A DNA stretch of 64,000 nucleotides, from the NCBI GenBank assembly GCA_016748015.1, contig JAAOMT010000665.1:245139-309138 (forward strand). The letters are read 5' to 3'. Under the pieces are notes generated by a model. The model saw only the letters and a program-made list of their open reading frames with translations, did no database searches and had not been told where the DNA came from. The DNA comes from Geosiphon pyriformis uo1. Its lineage: Eukaryota > Fungi > Glomeromycota. The stretch's first letter is position 1; the number at the start of each line of letters is the position of its first letter. Below are positions 1-13,549 of this stretch, piece by piece. The translations under genes and the position numbers were made by a program.

Positions 1-1223
1 GGATATCTGTCCGTTTATGAACCTTCTCAATAAACTCCCAAAGAGTTTATCAAATCACTAAAAATATATACAACCTGTACTCTCTTCCCAAACCTATGAA
101 TTTACTCCCTGTTTACCCCGGCTAACAAACCCACTGGTTAGGAAGTATTGGTGTAATTGTAAAACTCTTCCTCCTTCCAAATTTGCAATTTTAGTTAGTC
201 AGTCTTTCGCAACACAGACCTACCTACCTACTTACCTAACTACCTACCAACCGACTATCCGTCTGTGGTTTTTTTATATTATCAGCTGAGAGTCTCTCAT
301 TATACAAACAGACTGTCACTCCACCACTGTTTAAACTAGTCAACCCGTTCACCTGGTCCCTCCTTTCCTCTTTTCCTTTTTCTTGTCCTACGGTTCTCTT
401 TTCTACACTTTTCCCTTCACTGTTCTCACTTGGGTTCCCTTTCGCCCGTAACGTCCGTCCGTTCATAAGTCTGTTTCACTTTTTGTAAGTCTCAACGTGT
501 CTTGAAGTGGGTAGAAGAAGAAACGTGTTGGTATGAATACTACTCTTCGCTCATACATACAAACATATATACATACATACATACATACACACACACACTT
601 GGTGGAATACTGCTTTTTTTTAATCATTTCTTGACTTTGAACGAAAAACTTTTAACCACCCCAAAAATTTTCTTTGGTTTTTAGTCGGTCTATTTATTTC
701 CCAAGATCTTGTCACCTCCCATACCGAGCGTGTCAAAGAGTTCTGCTCTTTAAATAATACCTACCTTATTTATCTCACTGCTCCAACCAAAAAAATTAAA
801 CTTTTGAACCCAACCCAAAAAAAAATATACCAAAAAAAAAAACAACAAAAAAAAAACAAAAACAACAACTGTGAAGATACACCACAAACTTCCCACCAAC
901 TTCAACAAAAATAACAGGTTTGTCATTCCCAAAATTTGTTGTTGTTCTATTTGTTTTGTCCAAAACCTTTTTTGTTTTTTCCATCTTATTTATTCCGATA
1001 CTTTTTTGGGAATCCATGAGCTCAACCTGACAAAACTCGCTATCTAATATTCGCCTTATCCATCATAATTGAAATATTGAAACAATTGTTGAAAGTCTCC
1101 AACAAAAAAACATTTCAACTTATTCTCACCTCCTCTCCCTCTGCTCTTTTTCCTTTGTTCTCCCCCCTCCTCCCCTCAACTCACCTTTCTCTTCTAGTCA
1201 CCTACTCTCTGATATTAACAAAA

Positions 1224-1751
1224 ATGGCTCCAACAAAACTCAAATTCAAAGGAAACAAAGCCTTCTCAATGTTATCAACTATTGAGAGTGAGGCAGATTT
1301 GTCGAAAACCTGGCGCCTAATGACAAAGGTCAAGGATGCTCTTGAATATGGCAAACGTTTAGAAAATTTATCATGGAGGCTTTGGTTCATGCATCACCAA
1401 ATGGTTCACGACCACAAGACTCAATCAAAATTTAAAAAATTGTCAATCTCCACCACTCGAAAATTGGAAACAGAAAAGGCCACAGAATTAAGTAAACTAG
1501 CCGCTCCAACTTATCGTCCAAGAGGTCTCGAGTCCCCCGACAAAAAAGGAAAAAAGAAATCAAACAACAAAAAGCAATCACTCATCACTACCACAAAAAA
1601 AGGTGGCAATAATCAAAAAAATGCCTCAAAAAATAACATGCTTCTAACAAACTCGGTCGCATTATCCCCAACCTCGGCGTCTTCAAATCATGATAAAAAA
1701 CTAAATCCTCTTAATGTAGAATATAATAATAATGATGAGGATGATGATGAC

Positions 1752-1784
<33 letters not shown>

Positions 1785-3769
1785 CTACAGGATGAAGCAC
1801 CCATCACCTCCGAGTCAACTACCAACAGTAATAATAATCACCAGGATATAATCCTAGACACCACATCAATCAATGGAGATCTCATCACATCCGTTAATAT
1901 CGATGATGATGACATTAATGATGCCACTTTCAGCGTTCGTGACGCCATCTCTGTACCGGAAGGAAACGATATGACGCTCGATGGTAACGTTTCTCCCTTG
2001 AATAGCCCTACCCTCTCGATCGATGAAGAAAATAATGAACTCACCGCCGCCGTTCTCTCGCAACTTGCCGCCAACGATGATTCCAATCTAGCTACCAATA
2101 ACGCGATGCAAGAGCTCTTTAATGAGATGAATGGGATTTCCCACCAGGAATTCGTATTACATCAATATACAAATGATCAAGACCCATATCAGGTTGTAAG
2201 ATTACCCGGACCATTTGTTGGTTTTGATGCCGCCGCTTTTTTACATCCCGACCGTGCTCCTGTCATGGAACTGGACATCGCGGCCATGTTTAGAATGAGA
2301 GAATTTTATCCTTCTTCACCTGATACATCGGAACCAACTTCTCCAACAGAGATGGACTGGTTCAATAATAATAATTCAATGCTTTCGACAGACGCGGTCA
2401 ATCAACAATCTTCAGCTGGTATCCAATCGAATTTGTCATATCAATTAAATTCTCAAATAAATGATCAACTCGTAGCAGCATCGGCTTCCGGTATACACAA
2501 TGCCGTATATGTTCCTCGGAGCTCATCGGCAAATAGCAATCTGAACAATAGTTTAATATTAAACCCCACCCTCAATGGATCCAACGTCAACGATCTTTCC
2601 GGTAACACTTTAATAGGAAGTATGTCGGGAAACAACATTGTATATGTTGGTCATCAATATTCGACAGATCCTTCATCCGTCAACGCGACATGTTCAACCA
2701 ACCTCCCTCAACCTGGCAACAATTTATCCTCGACAACCTCCTCCACCTCCTCCACCTCCTCACATCGTCAGTCATCAATCACACCGGAAGGTCGACCAAA
2801 AAAGTCTCATTCGAACGGTGAACAACAATGTTTCAATTGTGGCGTCACATCTACACCTCTATGGAGGCGGTCTGCTAACGATGAACTATTGTGTAATGCT
2901 TGTGGTTTATAGTGAGTAACATTTTTTTTAAAAATTTTTACACGGTCAGATATGGTTTATTCCTTGTTGATCTATAAAAGGATTCAAATTTGTCTAAAAC
3001 AAAAAAAAACTTGATTTTTCAACGTAATTCTCTCTACCCACCAATCAATAGCTTAAAACTTCACAAGATGGCTCGTCCAAAAACCATGAAGCCACATATT
3101 GTACGTAAAGATGCACGCGATGATGAGACCGCACAACCTGTCTGCTCAAATTGCGGCACGATGACCACACCTTTATGGCGTCGAGATGAAGAAGGGCAAA
3201 CCCTTTGCAATGCATGCGGATTATAGTATGTTGGAAATTTTTTGTGAAATCCGCACCCATCATATGAAGTATTGAAATATGGAATAGACGAGTCACATAT
3301 AACCCGTCTTTCTCTTGTCATTCTCCATCATAGCTTCAAGCTGCATCACGAAAAACGACCATTATCAATGAAGACGGATGTGATCAAAAAGCGTCAACGA
3401 TACGAAAATGGACAGAATCCAAGTCGTCGATCAAGTAAAAAGCAACGATCAATCGATGAGGGTGCCCCAGATTCTCAACAGCCACAACCGATACAAACAC
3501 ATCAACAACAACAACAACAACAACAACAACAAGTATACGGCCCTATTAGTGTATCACCCACAACCTCTACTAATTCCATGACGATTCCAACGGGTAATAC
3601 CAGCCCAATTAGTGCACATTCAACTCCCTCGTTGAATATGCCAGCTTCGCTTGGGCCCATTAGTCTAGTGGATCAGGAAATAAATTCTCCTATAGCGTTG
3701 GGACCAACATCCTCGTCAATGACTGCACCTGCCCCAAACAGGTCTTTGCATGGTAGTTTTCTCGAATAA
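1224..3769 (+). CDS. AreA/Gat1-like GATA transcription factor, N-terminal DUF1752-type motif and two GATA zinc fingers; exons 1224-2911, 3052-3225, 3334-3769
   Basis: ATG at 1224. The motif [26 protein letters not shown] is the DUF1752/AreA N-terminal signature. There are two CX2CX17CX2C fingers. GT-AG splicing restores CNACGL-Y-LKLH and [26 protein letters not shown]. Confidence 0.93.
1751..1783 (+). repeat. (AAT)n microsatellite encoding poly-Asn in the GATA factor
   Basis: Tandem AAT run in frame. Confidence 0.9.
3502..3532 (+). repeat. (CAA)n microsatellite encoding poly-Gln in the GATA factor
   Basis: Tandem CAA run in frame. Confidence 0.9.
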
Positions 3770-5390
3770 TTTGGGAAATTTTTGCCGGCTTTTTTTAAAC
3801 CATTTTCTGTTTTTTTTTTTTTTTGTTTTTTTTTTCGGACTTTATGGTGCAAATTAAAAAAGTGCACATAATTTGCCATTTGAATTTTAAACTTATCAGA
3901 TCTATCTTCGCACCTTGTTTTTGACCAATCATAGTTTTTCATCACTTGCATCTCCCCTTTCCCAAAATTTGTATTATATACTTAATAAGGGTTGATTACT
4001 TCTTTGGAGTCTCTTGGATTTCCTCTGGGTTAAACGCGGTCCCCCACGTTTCACTTTTTTTAGAGTTTTTTGTTTTCCCTACAGTTTCATCTTTTTGACT
4101 CCCGATTAGTTAAAATTGAAGTGCGCAAAAAAAAAAGATCAACAACATCTTTCTGATCATTTTTCAAACAAAAACTCGGACATTTTTTTTAAAAAATTGT
4201 TTTTTTTCCCAATCTCTGATACGATAAAAAATTTCCAACAAAGTACTCTCCTGTGGTTTAGGGCCGCTGTTGAATGTATTACCAGCTTTCCCTTTACCCC
4301 TTTTTGCACACTTTATTAAAAAATTTTCTCTAAAAAATCCTTCACATCACATCACATCACATCCCACTCCTGAATCTCTTGCGATATTTGAAACCATTAT
4401 TTCTTACGTTTTGTTTACATCTCTACGTACATACATATACACACCAAACTCGCGCTCAGGAAAGGCCACCACTCACTGCAAAGTGTTGATCCGGATCCAA
4501 TTTGAGCATTCGTGATCATTAGAGCCCTTTTTTCCAAAAACCAAACTTCATCCTAAATTTCTATAATTGAAAATACTTTCAAGATAAATTATCTCCGTAA
4601 ATCTGAAAACTATAACGAAACCCCTCATCACGAAATCTAAAGCCAAATATGCTTTCTCTCTTTATCAAATACCAAGATTTGGCCTTATTTCTCACAAAAA
4701 TCTCTCCTTTTTTTTTTTGACCAAATAACCATATGCCCTTTCTATCCGTTTTCAGAGACATACAAAACACAAGAAAAATACACCTAATTCTGTTGTATAT
4801 GTAAATATTTGAACGAAACTTAGTAATAAACGTCGAGTCATTATTTTGGTCAACTGGTGAAGATGAGGATGGTTAATCGATTGATTGATGTCAAGAGTTT
4901 AATATTTAAAATAGAATTTATTCAACTTACCCTGGCTCTTTTTTGAAATTTTAATAATATAGCAGAGTGAATCTTTTTAACAATTATAAATGAAGAATAT
5001 TGACGTTAGTGTGGATATTTCAGAAAATATATATTTCGATTTATAAGTCGTATAATTCGTGGTTTCCATTCAGAAATTTAATATGGCCTCTTGGTTTTTC
5101 TCGTCAACACAGCTCAAGCGCAAAAGGATAAAGTACCATTATGATCACATGATCAGTGGCCTTGATCCTTCATTGCGGCCGTTCAAAGAACAAGGATGAT
5201 ACCTTTTACTCATCAAAAGGGAAAGAACTAAAATCATAAATTAATTAAACGGGATTAGCAAAGAAAATAATAAATTTACCTGTATTTTTCAGACCTAGAA
5301 ATTTTGCTGCGACAAAACCTTAGCTTCGAAACACCGGAACAATTGGAGAGTTTCTTTCAAGGGTAAACTTGAGTAAATTTGCAAATGTTC

Positions 5391-6249
5391 TTAAAACCGT
5401 AATGGCAAAACAGGCCAATATACAACTTCGTCGTCTTCATCTTCCTCACACGAATCAAGATTTTTGTTATTTTCTTTGGGATCCCCATCAAAATATTGAA
5501 TCGATGGTTTGATTTTATTGGCCTCACTATTTTTTTTAAAACTTTGTCGAAACATGGCATTAACGGCCGCCTCTAAATGGATTATATTCCGAGATCCAGA
5601 TTCACCGTACATTTCTTTCATTTGAATCATTGTCTGAGATCTGGGTGCAACGTGTTCCGGTGAAGGTTCGTACACTTCCTGGTAGTCAAGTGGAAATGTG
5701 GATGAAGTGATTTGATTCTTTTCAGAAATCTGTGCGGCTGCCAAGGCGGCCTTTTCGCCTTTGCAAAAAAGCAATTATTATATAAACGGGTTAATTAGAC
5801 AATTGATCGATTAAAATCATATCCGGCGCACACTAACGTTCTAGTTTTCGAATTTCTGAAAATCGAAACATTGCTATAGTCTCTTCGTTCAGCACAAACT
5901 CCAAGTTTTCACTGTCCCCTTCTTCTCCTTGCGCCACCTCTTCGTTCTCACAAGCAATGTTTCCTTCTTTATAGAAGGTACTATAGCTTCCCCTGCCGCC
6001 ATAACCCTCTTTCCACTCTTTTCCAGTTTCCACTTTCAAGCCCGGCACGGACCATAAGGACTGAGGGTTTGGGTCTAACGCCTGAAGAAAAAACTGACGA
6101 TGTGGAGAAAAGTGGGTGGTGTGAAAGTTGCGAAAGCGAAGATATTTTTGCGGTTTTGAATACAGAGACTCTGCGTCAAAATCTGGTGAGAGTGCTGGTA
6201 TTTGAGGAGGAGTATAAGGGTAGCCGTTGTAGGCGTTTGAATTATACAT
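5391..6249 (-). CDS. GEMIN8: Gemin8-like SMN-complex subunit; exons 6249-5838, 5758-5391
   Basis: C-terminal YWPVLPLRF, MKEMYG..IIHLEAAVNAMF and FVLNEETIAMFRFSEIRKLER resemble Gemin8 conserved blocks. A 79-nt intron (GTTAGT..AAG) joins the two ORFs in frame. Confidence 0.8.
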
Positions 6250-6516
6250 TATCTAGTTCAAATTTTGACTAAAAACGCTTCGACCCAGAGATCAGAAATA
6301 CAAAAAACTACTTTGAAAATTTTTTGTATCACAAGTTGACACAACTATATCACAGTCTCAGATCAATTAATCAATGATTTGCGCTTGATTTATCCTTCGT
6401 TTGGCGTTCGTATTGTAAAACTCAGGTTTGTCATCCTCTTTGAAAAACTGTTCGCAGTTCACCCTTCTTCCTTACTATATTTGTAGACTCTCTCAATTAT
6501 TCCTGCCTTTTTCCAC

Positions 6517-8132
6517 ATGGTGTACAGTGAAACTCGTCAAAAGCTTTTTGTAGCTGCCGACAAGGCGGCCAGTACCCTTATACGAACCATTGGCCCTGTC
6601 TTCATTGTATTGGCAGTTACCTTGATCGGGCTCGCCGTTCTTGTCTATTTTTCCGTGGTTTTTCCTTTTTTCTATACTTGGGACGATGATTATATCTGGA
6701 CTAAGTTTTCATATTGCTTAGGTCTAGCCTTTAGCGTGTACATAGTGGTGTGTATTGCCTTCCACTATTACATGGCTGTGAGAACAAAACCTGGTGGTGT
6801 ATTGAATGGGGGCACCACTTCGTCGGTGAGTTGTGAAGGTTAGATGGATACTTTCGATTAGTTTTTGCATTTTCAAGCTTTGTATTACATTCACCTATTT
6901 TTCCTATAATGCTAGGACCCCAATGATGACCCATCAATACAAGATTTGTTCTTGGAATTAGAGGAATATCAAGAGTTTCCCAAGACTTGCAAAAAATGTA
7001 TGCCAATTTTGTTCAAAATTTATATTTATTGTATACTAAAATACATTCTTAAATCTTGTATGTCCCCTGATCCTAAAATCAGGCCATTTACCAAAACCAG
7101 AACGGGCACACCATTGCTCCGTTTGCAAGAGATGTGTCTTGCGCTTTGATCATCATTGTCCATGGGTAGCTAATTGTGTCGGTTATTTTAATCATCGCTA
7201 CTTTGTACTGTTCATGTCCTATTTGGTTTTTGGATGCTTTTACTTTGCTGCTATCGCTTGGCAACCCTTTTTGCAGAGTATCGATATAGATAATGACGTA
7301 AGTTTTTTTCCTACTTTATGGGAACAATAGAGTAACGACTGAATCTAATTTTACACTCATATGATGTTTTAAAAACTAGTGGCGATGGTGGATGCCAAGA
7401 CCATATGTGGCATTGTCGTATCTTCTAGCAGTTGCTATAGGGCTATCGCTAGGTAGTGGCTTTTTTGCATTATAACTTATCCAGTTCAGTTTTTACTATA
7501 TATATATTCTAGCTCATAATCAATCCTTCTCACGTTAGGTGGCATGTGCTTTTGGCATTATTATTTGGTAAGCTGCTCCAAGATTTCTTGATTTTTTATC
7601 TATTCATCATCATCATCATCATCTAATATACATAGTCATCGCTTTTTATAGATACTTACGGCCCAGACAACAGTAGAATTTTATAATAATAATTTCGCAA
7701 AGAATTCAGCCCTACAAAAAGGAGAGGTGACTATCATTGCACTCTCGTTTCATTCATAGACTGCTCTTCATTTAAACGCCATAATTTATTACACATAGAT
7801 TTTTGTTAACCCTTATAACCTTGGAGCATGGACAAATTTAAGGCAATTTTTCAATGTTGGCAGAAACTAGTAAGTAAAATATTGATTTTGTTGATTATTT
7901 AAATTTTAATATTTTAACTGAAAAATTTTAAATTTCTTTATTTAGCAAATAGTAAGTGAATGAGTGGTAAATCGATTGATTTCTGGAATATTTTTACCTA
8001 TTTCATATCATTTATAGTCCAATTTACACAATTTTCCTACCTATTCCGATACCCCCCACGGGCAATGGAAAAGTTTGGGAGAAGAACATGGAGCATTATA
8101 CATCAGTAAATACAGTATATTCCGAAGAATAA
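6517..8132 (+). CDS. DHHC palmitoyltransferase (ZDHHC16-like), multi-exon
   Basis: Spliced motif [45 protein letters not shown]-terminal TM helices, QTTVEF, NPYNLG and C-terminal PPTGNGKVW. Stop TAA at 8130-8132. Confidence 0.93.
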
Positions 8133-9477
8133 AGTGGATTCCTTTTGATATCAACCTTTAAGTTTGTCAGGGTCTGAAATAATTCCCTTTAGTGAGAGAC
8201 TAATAATTGGTAAGTAATAAGTTGTATTTGTACATATATATATATATATTAGACTTTGCACTTAGAAAATTGTGGTTCTGACACGATGAATTTCCAAATT
8301 CACCTTTATAATTCTTTCTGAGGTTATTTCACTAATATCGATAATCCATAGTTTAAATTTGAGCACCTGTAAAAATTCAAATCTATTGAATTTTTACAGG
8401 AAGTTCAAAATTGTGCGACTTCTCTCAACTAGTGTAAGATTTCCAATATTTCAAGTGCACAGTACATATATCTTCTGTAATAAAACCAATTACTGGAAAC
8501 GACTTCTGAGTTTGGAAACATAAATGAGTGCCTTGAAATACCACTCTAAGTGCGTTTTTGCGTTACTGGATGGTCAACATTGTGTTGGGATGGCTTTAAT
8601 GGAATCTCCACAAGTGTCACCACTCCCCAGTTGAATAACCGGAGGCAATTCAAATTCAACCTCGGGTGTTTTTTTAGGTTGATATGTGGCACGTACGTAA
8701 GCGCCGTAAGACTCTGGTGTAAAATTATGTTCAAGAATGAAGAGGGCTTGTGATGGAGAGAGTGAATCAACTTCGGTTTTAGTGTACTCAAGTTCATATA
8801 GTTTTTGACGCGAAGTAGAGGTTATCTTTATATTAAGGATAGACAAGTACAATTTGTGCCATTAATTGAATGTAGATAAGTGGCTAAAAGTCAACCCAAC
8901 AAACCATGAAAGGAATAGAAGCAGAAGGCGACGAAGAAGTTGGGAAATTGGTATTAGATGCAAGAGTCGTAAAATGCGTGATGGTGAGTTTTCGGTGTTG
9001 TGAGATCCCTCGAACGGGTTTTACTTTTAGAGAGCGTAAATACATTTGAGGTGATTTATAAGATAAAGCTGAGATTCCGGCAGGTCCTAATATCAAAGGT
9101 GGATGGAGTTAAAAATAGTGTTAATTAGTAACGAATTTGTGAGAGTTTGATATTTATTTAATTAGAATTTTTGACATAATCACAACATTATTAGTAAAAA
9201 TGACGTATTATCAATTGGTATTTTTATTTCATACAGTTGCACATTTTAAAGGCCCAATTTAGAATTTACACCCCGATTGGTTTTTGAATTTGAAAGGTTA
9301 GTTAAATCCCAGCAGATTTCTCATTACCAAAAAAATTTAATCAAATCACCAAAAGACATCTTGTACGTAATTATGTGCTTTTAAACTTTGTGAAGTCTTC
9401 TAATTTGTAATTGCAAAAGTTTTTGCTTAATTATCATACTATATTTTTTAAAAAACTTGGAAGCTTAAACATAAAAA

Positions 9478-12400
9478 ATGATGCCATTTTTCATGCGATC
9501 TTTATTAATCTTGAGCACAATACTTACATTAGGGTTTGCTCAATTTTATAAACCCTCGTTCTGGTATTTTGGCAACAGTAAAAAAATCCAGCAACACGAA
9601 GGCAATTCCTTGTCGGGGGTTGATTCAGGTCCATTTTAGCTTTCTAAAATTAATATTCTCGGAATGACAATTTTGATCTTTCCCGTCAAATTGTAGAATG
9701 GGCCGAAAATTTGTTGAAGCTTTCAAGTGAGGAAAGTGTTATAGTGAAACATGGATTTGGTAAGTTATATATTAGCTCAATCAAGAGAATGATAGGACCA
9801 TTATGTATTTTGGTATAAAGATGTGAAACATTGGTTTCTGGCAAGTTTCCTTGATGCAGTACGAGCAAAGAAAGGAAAAGTGCTTCAAAAGAGCAGCGAA
9901 AGATTTAAGAAATGGATGTAGAGGTATTGAGATCCATGAAGAGAATAAAATTCAATGTAAGAAATATGACTTTTCTCTCTTTAATTCAATAAATTCACTT
10001 TGAAAAAAAGTGTTGCATTTTTAGATGCAGTTCGTTTGACGCAATGTGAAATTGCGACCGCTAATCTTGATGTCCCTATGGAATGTCAAGCAGAAAAGGA
10101 TGTGGGAAAATGCGTGGAGTCAGTTTCAATCTAATTTTCGTAAAAATGAAATCACTTGGCTGGATTAAATATTGACATTTCCAATTGTTTTGCAGAGCTT
10201 TAGCAAGAATACCACAATTGTGGACTTCATATTCTGGATATTTTCGACAAGTTTGTATGTATTTTTTGGATTACAAGGCTTATACATAGTATTTTTAAAT
10301 TATGCAAGTAAAAAAGTCTCAAGCAATTGGTAATTTGTAGTTAATATGTGCTTCGCCGTCAGATATTCACTTGAAAGAGGCAAGCTTTGCCTTAGTCAAG
10401 CTTCTTTTGTTTATAATTTTACTCGACCTTTCTCTTAACTAACTTTTAATCAGATTTATTGGAAGAGCTTCACAAGAATATCACGATAAACCAAGTGGCA
10501 AATTTTGAGATTCTTCGTATACAACAGCGAGAAATGATTGCGTGGCGCAAACAAGAAATGACCAAATTAGAAAACTTGGAGGATTTGCAAAAAGGAATTC
10601 TTGAGTCTGTGGGTCAAATTGAGGTATGCTCTTGAAAATGAGGTCAAAAATGGGAAATTTGAGTAATACTTTGAAAAATTAGAAAACCACTGGTATCGTC
10701 AACAATGTTATGACAAAACTCAAAAGCAATTTGGAAGATGCTCGAGAGATTGTCAATAGTGTGTTATCTAAGCAGTATGAAACAGCTGGTAAGTTGGATG
10801 ATGTTGCAAATTTCACGAACGGTGTCTTTAGTTCCATTCAAACAAACGTTTCCGGTATCTTTGAGGTAAATATAGTTTTCAATTCATTGTATTCAAGTGG
10901 CTTTTTTGTCACTGATTCCCAAGAACATGTTAAAATTCCGCAGATCATTGAAATAATCAAAGGTAGTCTTAAACATATGGCAACCAGCAGTCTAACTGTT
11001 CAGCATGTTCAAAAGACAACAGAACAAGGATTGATAGAAATCAAGGTACATAAATTTTATTTCTCAATTTTTCTTTTCATCAACAATTTCACGTGAGATT
11101 GTAAATAGGAAATGACCCAAGAGTCCGCCAATTATGCAACAAAAAATTTGGAGAATCTTTCAAATGTAATTATTAGGGTTTAATTTTTCATTTTATGATG
11201 AATCAAATTCATTTTGAGAATTTATTACACATATACTACCATGAGAAAGAAATTGAATGAAATTTTCACCACCAGCGTTCAATTTTCCAAGATGCTTCAA
11301 ACAATGACGGTAAGTACTGCTTCAATTGCTTTTAGAAAATTATGCTACAAATTTTTTAATATATATATATCTGGTTTCAGGAAACCACAAAAATAATTTT
11401 GGAAAACCATCTCGGGAAGCTTGAGGACTCTCTTCAGGTAAGGCTTGAATGCTCTCGTTTTTTTTTTGCGATAATCTTATCAAACGAAATAATTCATTTT
11501 ATGATTTTTTTTTACACTTTTCCAGAGTCTTGAAATACTTAATTCTATAGTAAACGATATCACAAATCTACAGGAAGAACTTCGTAATGATATCACCGAA
11601 AATAAAGTAATTAAGATTTTTTGAATTCTACAAGTGTTTGAATTCGCATTTCAAAGGACACATCTTTTTTATTGACACAAATTTTAGAAGGCACAAAAAG
11701 AATTAACCGCTGAATGGCTTGCCTCATTCGAGGAAACCAGAAAAAATTTACATGATTTATTGTATCTTTCTCGATCTGAAATCCGTTTATTGACTGACAC
11801 CACAATTGAGGCAAGAGAAAGTCATCAAGACATGATCAAACTTGTCCGGCCCTTGGTCACAATTGTTGACATTGCTAATTGGGGATACGGTATTTATCAT
11901 TCCAAGTACCCAAGTTTACTTATAAAAGGGAAAACTTAGCTTTTGGTTTTTAGGACAACTTATAAATTTTGGTGTACTCAACACCACGATAATGGTCATA
12001 ATAGCCGTATTGTCATTGCGTAAAATTATTCATTGGATTAAGCCTGATAGCTTTATGGTTTCAATTGGTAAAGTTCTGAGTATTAATAGTGTCATTTTGC
12101 GTCTTAAACTTTGAGTATTAAGATTCCAAGCTCTATTCATGTTTAGTGGATTTTTCCAATTTGCTGACTCTTCTCCTCTTCTGTCGACACTTTGGTTGGC
12201 AAAATTCCATACTAATCTGTTCCGCGGTATTTTTATTTCTTTTTGTATGTCAGAAATTTAATATAAAAACTGACAGAATTAATATTCATTTAGGTAACCG
12301 CAACGATTTTGGCTTTTTTGTTGGTTCGCTCATTATTAAAATTTAGGAAAGGCCCACTAAATATTAATTCTGAAAGCGTGGACTCATGGATTTATAAAGA

Positions 12401-12640
12401 TTTGCGACCAAGGTAAGAAGAAAATAGATTTTCATGAAACTAGAATATTTTTAATATATTTCTTCAAATTATAGTCAATTTCAGCAGACACATCGCCATG
12501 TCTTTAGTTCAAAAGCAAGGCGACCTAATCTTCCGGTGCCCACAAGGCGACAACTTGGAGATGCTTATTTTGCTCGAGCTATAATTCAGTTGCCAAACTC
12601 TGAAAAAGGACTCATTAAGAAATCAAGGAAATTTTGTTAA
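9478..12640 (+). CDS. KAR5: KAR5/Tht1/GEX1/Brambleberry-family nuclear membrane fusion protein, many exons
   Basis: Signal peptide from ATG 9478. Spliced Cys-rich domain CFKRAAKDLRNGC...KIQYAVRLTQCEIATANLDVPMEC...CVEALARIPQLWTSYSGYFRQVFNMCFAVR. Coiled-coil exons at 10.4-11.6 kb, hydrophobic exons at about 11.9-12.35 kb, stop at 12638-12640. Some internal exon borders are uncertain. Confidence 0.87.
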
Positions 12641-12829
12641 ATGTAATTAACTGTTCAAGAAGCAACCTTGCTAATTTATCAAGGACTTAATGTTTATTTT
12701 TGGTCATTGCTTGCTATATATAATATTTCATTTTGAACAGCAGTAAAATACAAAAATGAGTTGCTTTCTTGGTATATTTTGCTTGCAGTTCTTTTTTTAA
12801 AGGTTCCAACATTATCTTTTCAATTAAAT

Positions 12830-13218
12830 TCACCCTCCAGATACTGGAGGAATAACAGCAACTTCATCACCAGGCTTCACACGAAATGCTTTATCCTCTT
12901 TATCCACATACTCCATATTCACCGCGTAAAGACTGCCTTGTAAAACAGGAACAAGAGCAGGATGGCGTAGTGATAATAACATGGTTAAATCTTTTAAAGA
13001 AAGCGAAAACTGAACATCGGAACTGACACCAGTATTTGGTATTTCAATTTTTTCTGATGCAATTTGCGTGGCATCTCGTGCTGATGCAAAGTAGAAAATT
13101 GTGAAAATGGCACCCTTGGAAAGTTAAAAAGATTTAATGAAACGAATTAGTTTGCATGAAATGCCTGAAAATAAGGAAGAAAAATTACATTTGAAGCTAA
13201 TTCTTCGCTGCATGACAT
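12830..13218 (-). CDS. MOCS2A: Molybdopterin synthase sulfur-carrier subunit (MoaD/ThiS fold; MOCS2A/CnxG); exons 13218-13189, 13114-12830
   Basis: Manual translation, absent from the ORF track: MSCSEELASN|GAIFTIFYFASARDATQIASEKI...YAVNMEYV...VKPGDEVAVIPPVSGG*. The YFASARD motif and C-terminal GG are diagnostic. Confidence 0.92.
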
Positions 13219-13549
13219 TTTAAAGTTAGGTTTTCTTGGTGTTTAAAATAAGATACTAATTGACAGTATTATATTAAATTGACGTTTTCACCTTTGAAAG
13301 AGAAATAAAAGCAAATCTTTTTTTGATTTTAATTTATCAGTTATATCTGCTATAATAATTTACAATTACCATCTAGGCTATTTTTAACGCAAATGATAAT
13401 AATAACATTGATTATCCTACGCTAGTTAAGAAATAATTCTTAACAACGCATCAAATGACTCAAAATAAAGTTTCCAAAATTTCGTTAGTTTTATCCGAGC
13501 AAATTAGTTTTTATAAGGTGGATCATTTGTTTTTAAACCTCACACAAAA

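Noticed and set aside
2910-2912. In-frame TAG after both GATA fingers read as a pseudogene or stop-codon recoding
   Set aside because: Both TAGs are TA|GT splice-donor junctions, and splicing restores Tyr.
13219-13549. GATA sites upstream of MOCS2A suggesting control by the nearby AreA-like factor
   Set aside because: HGATAR sites are expected by chance at this AT content.
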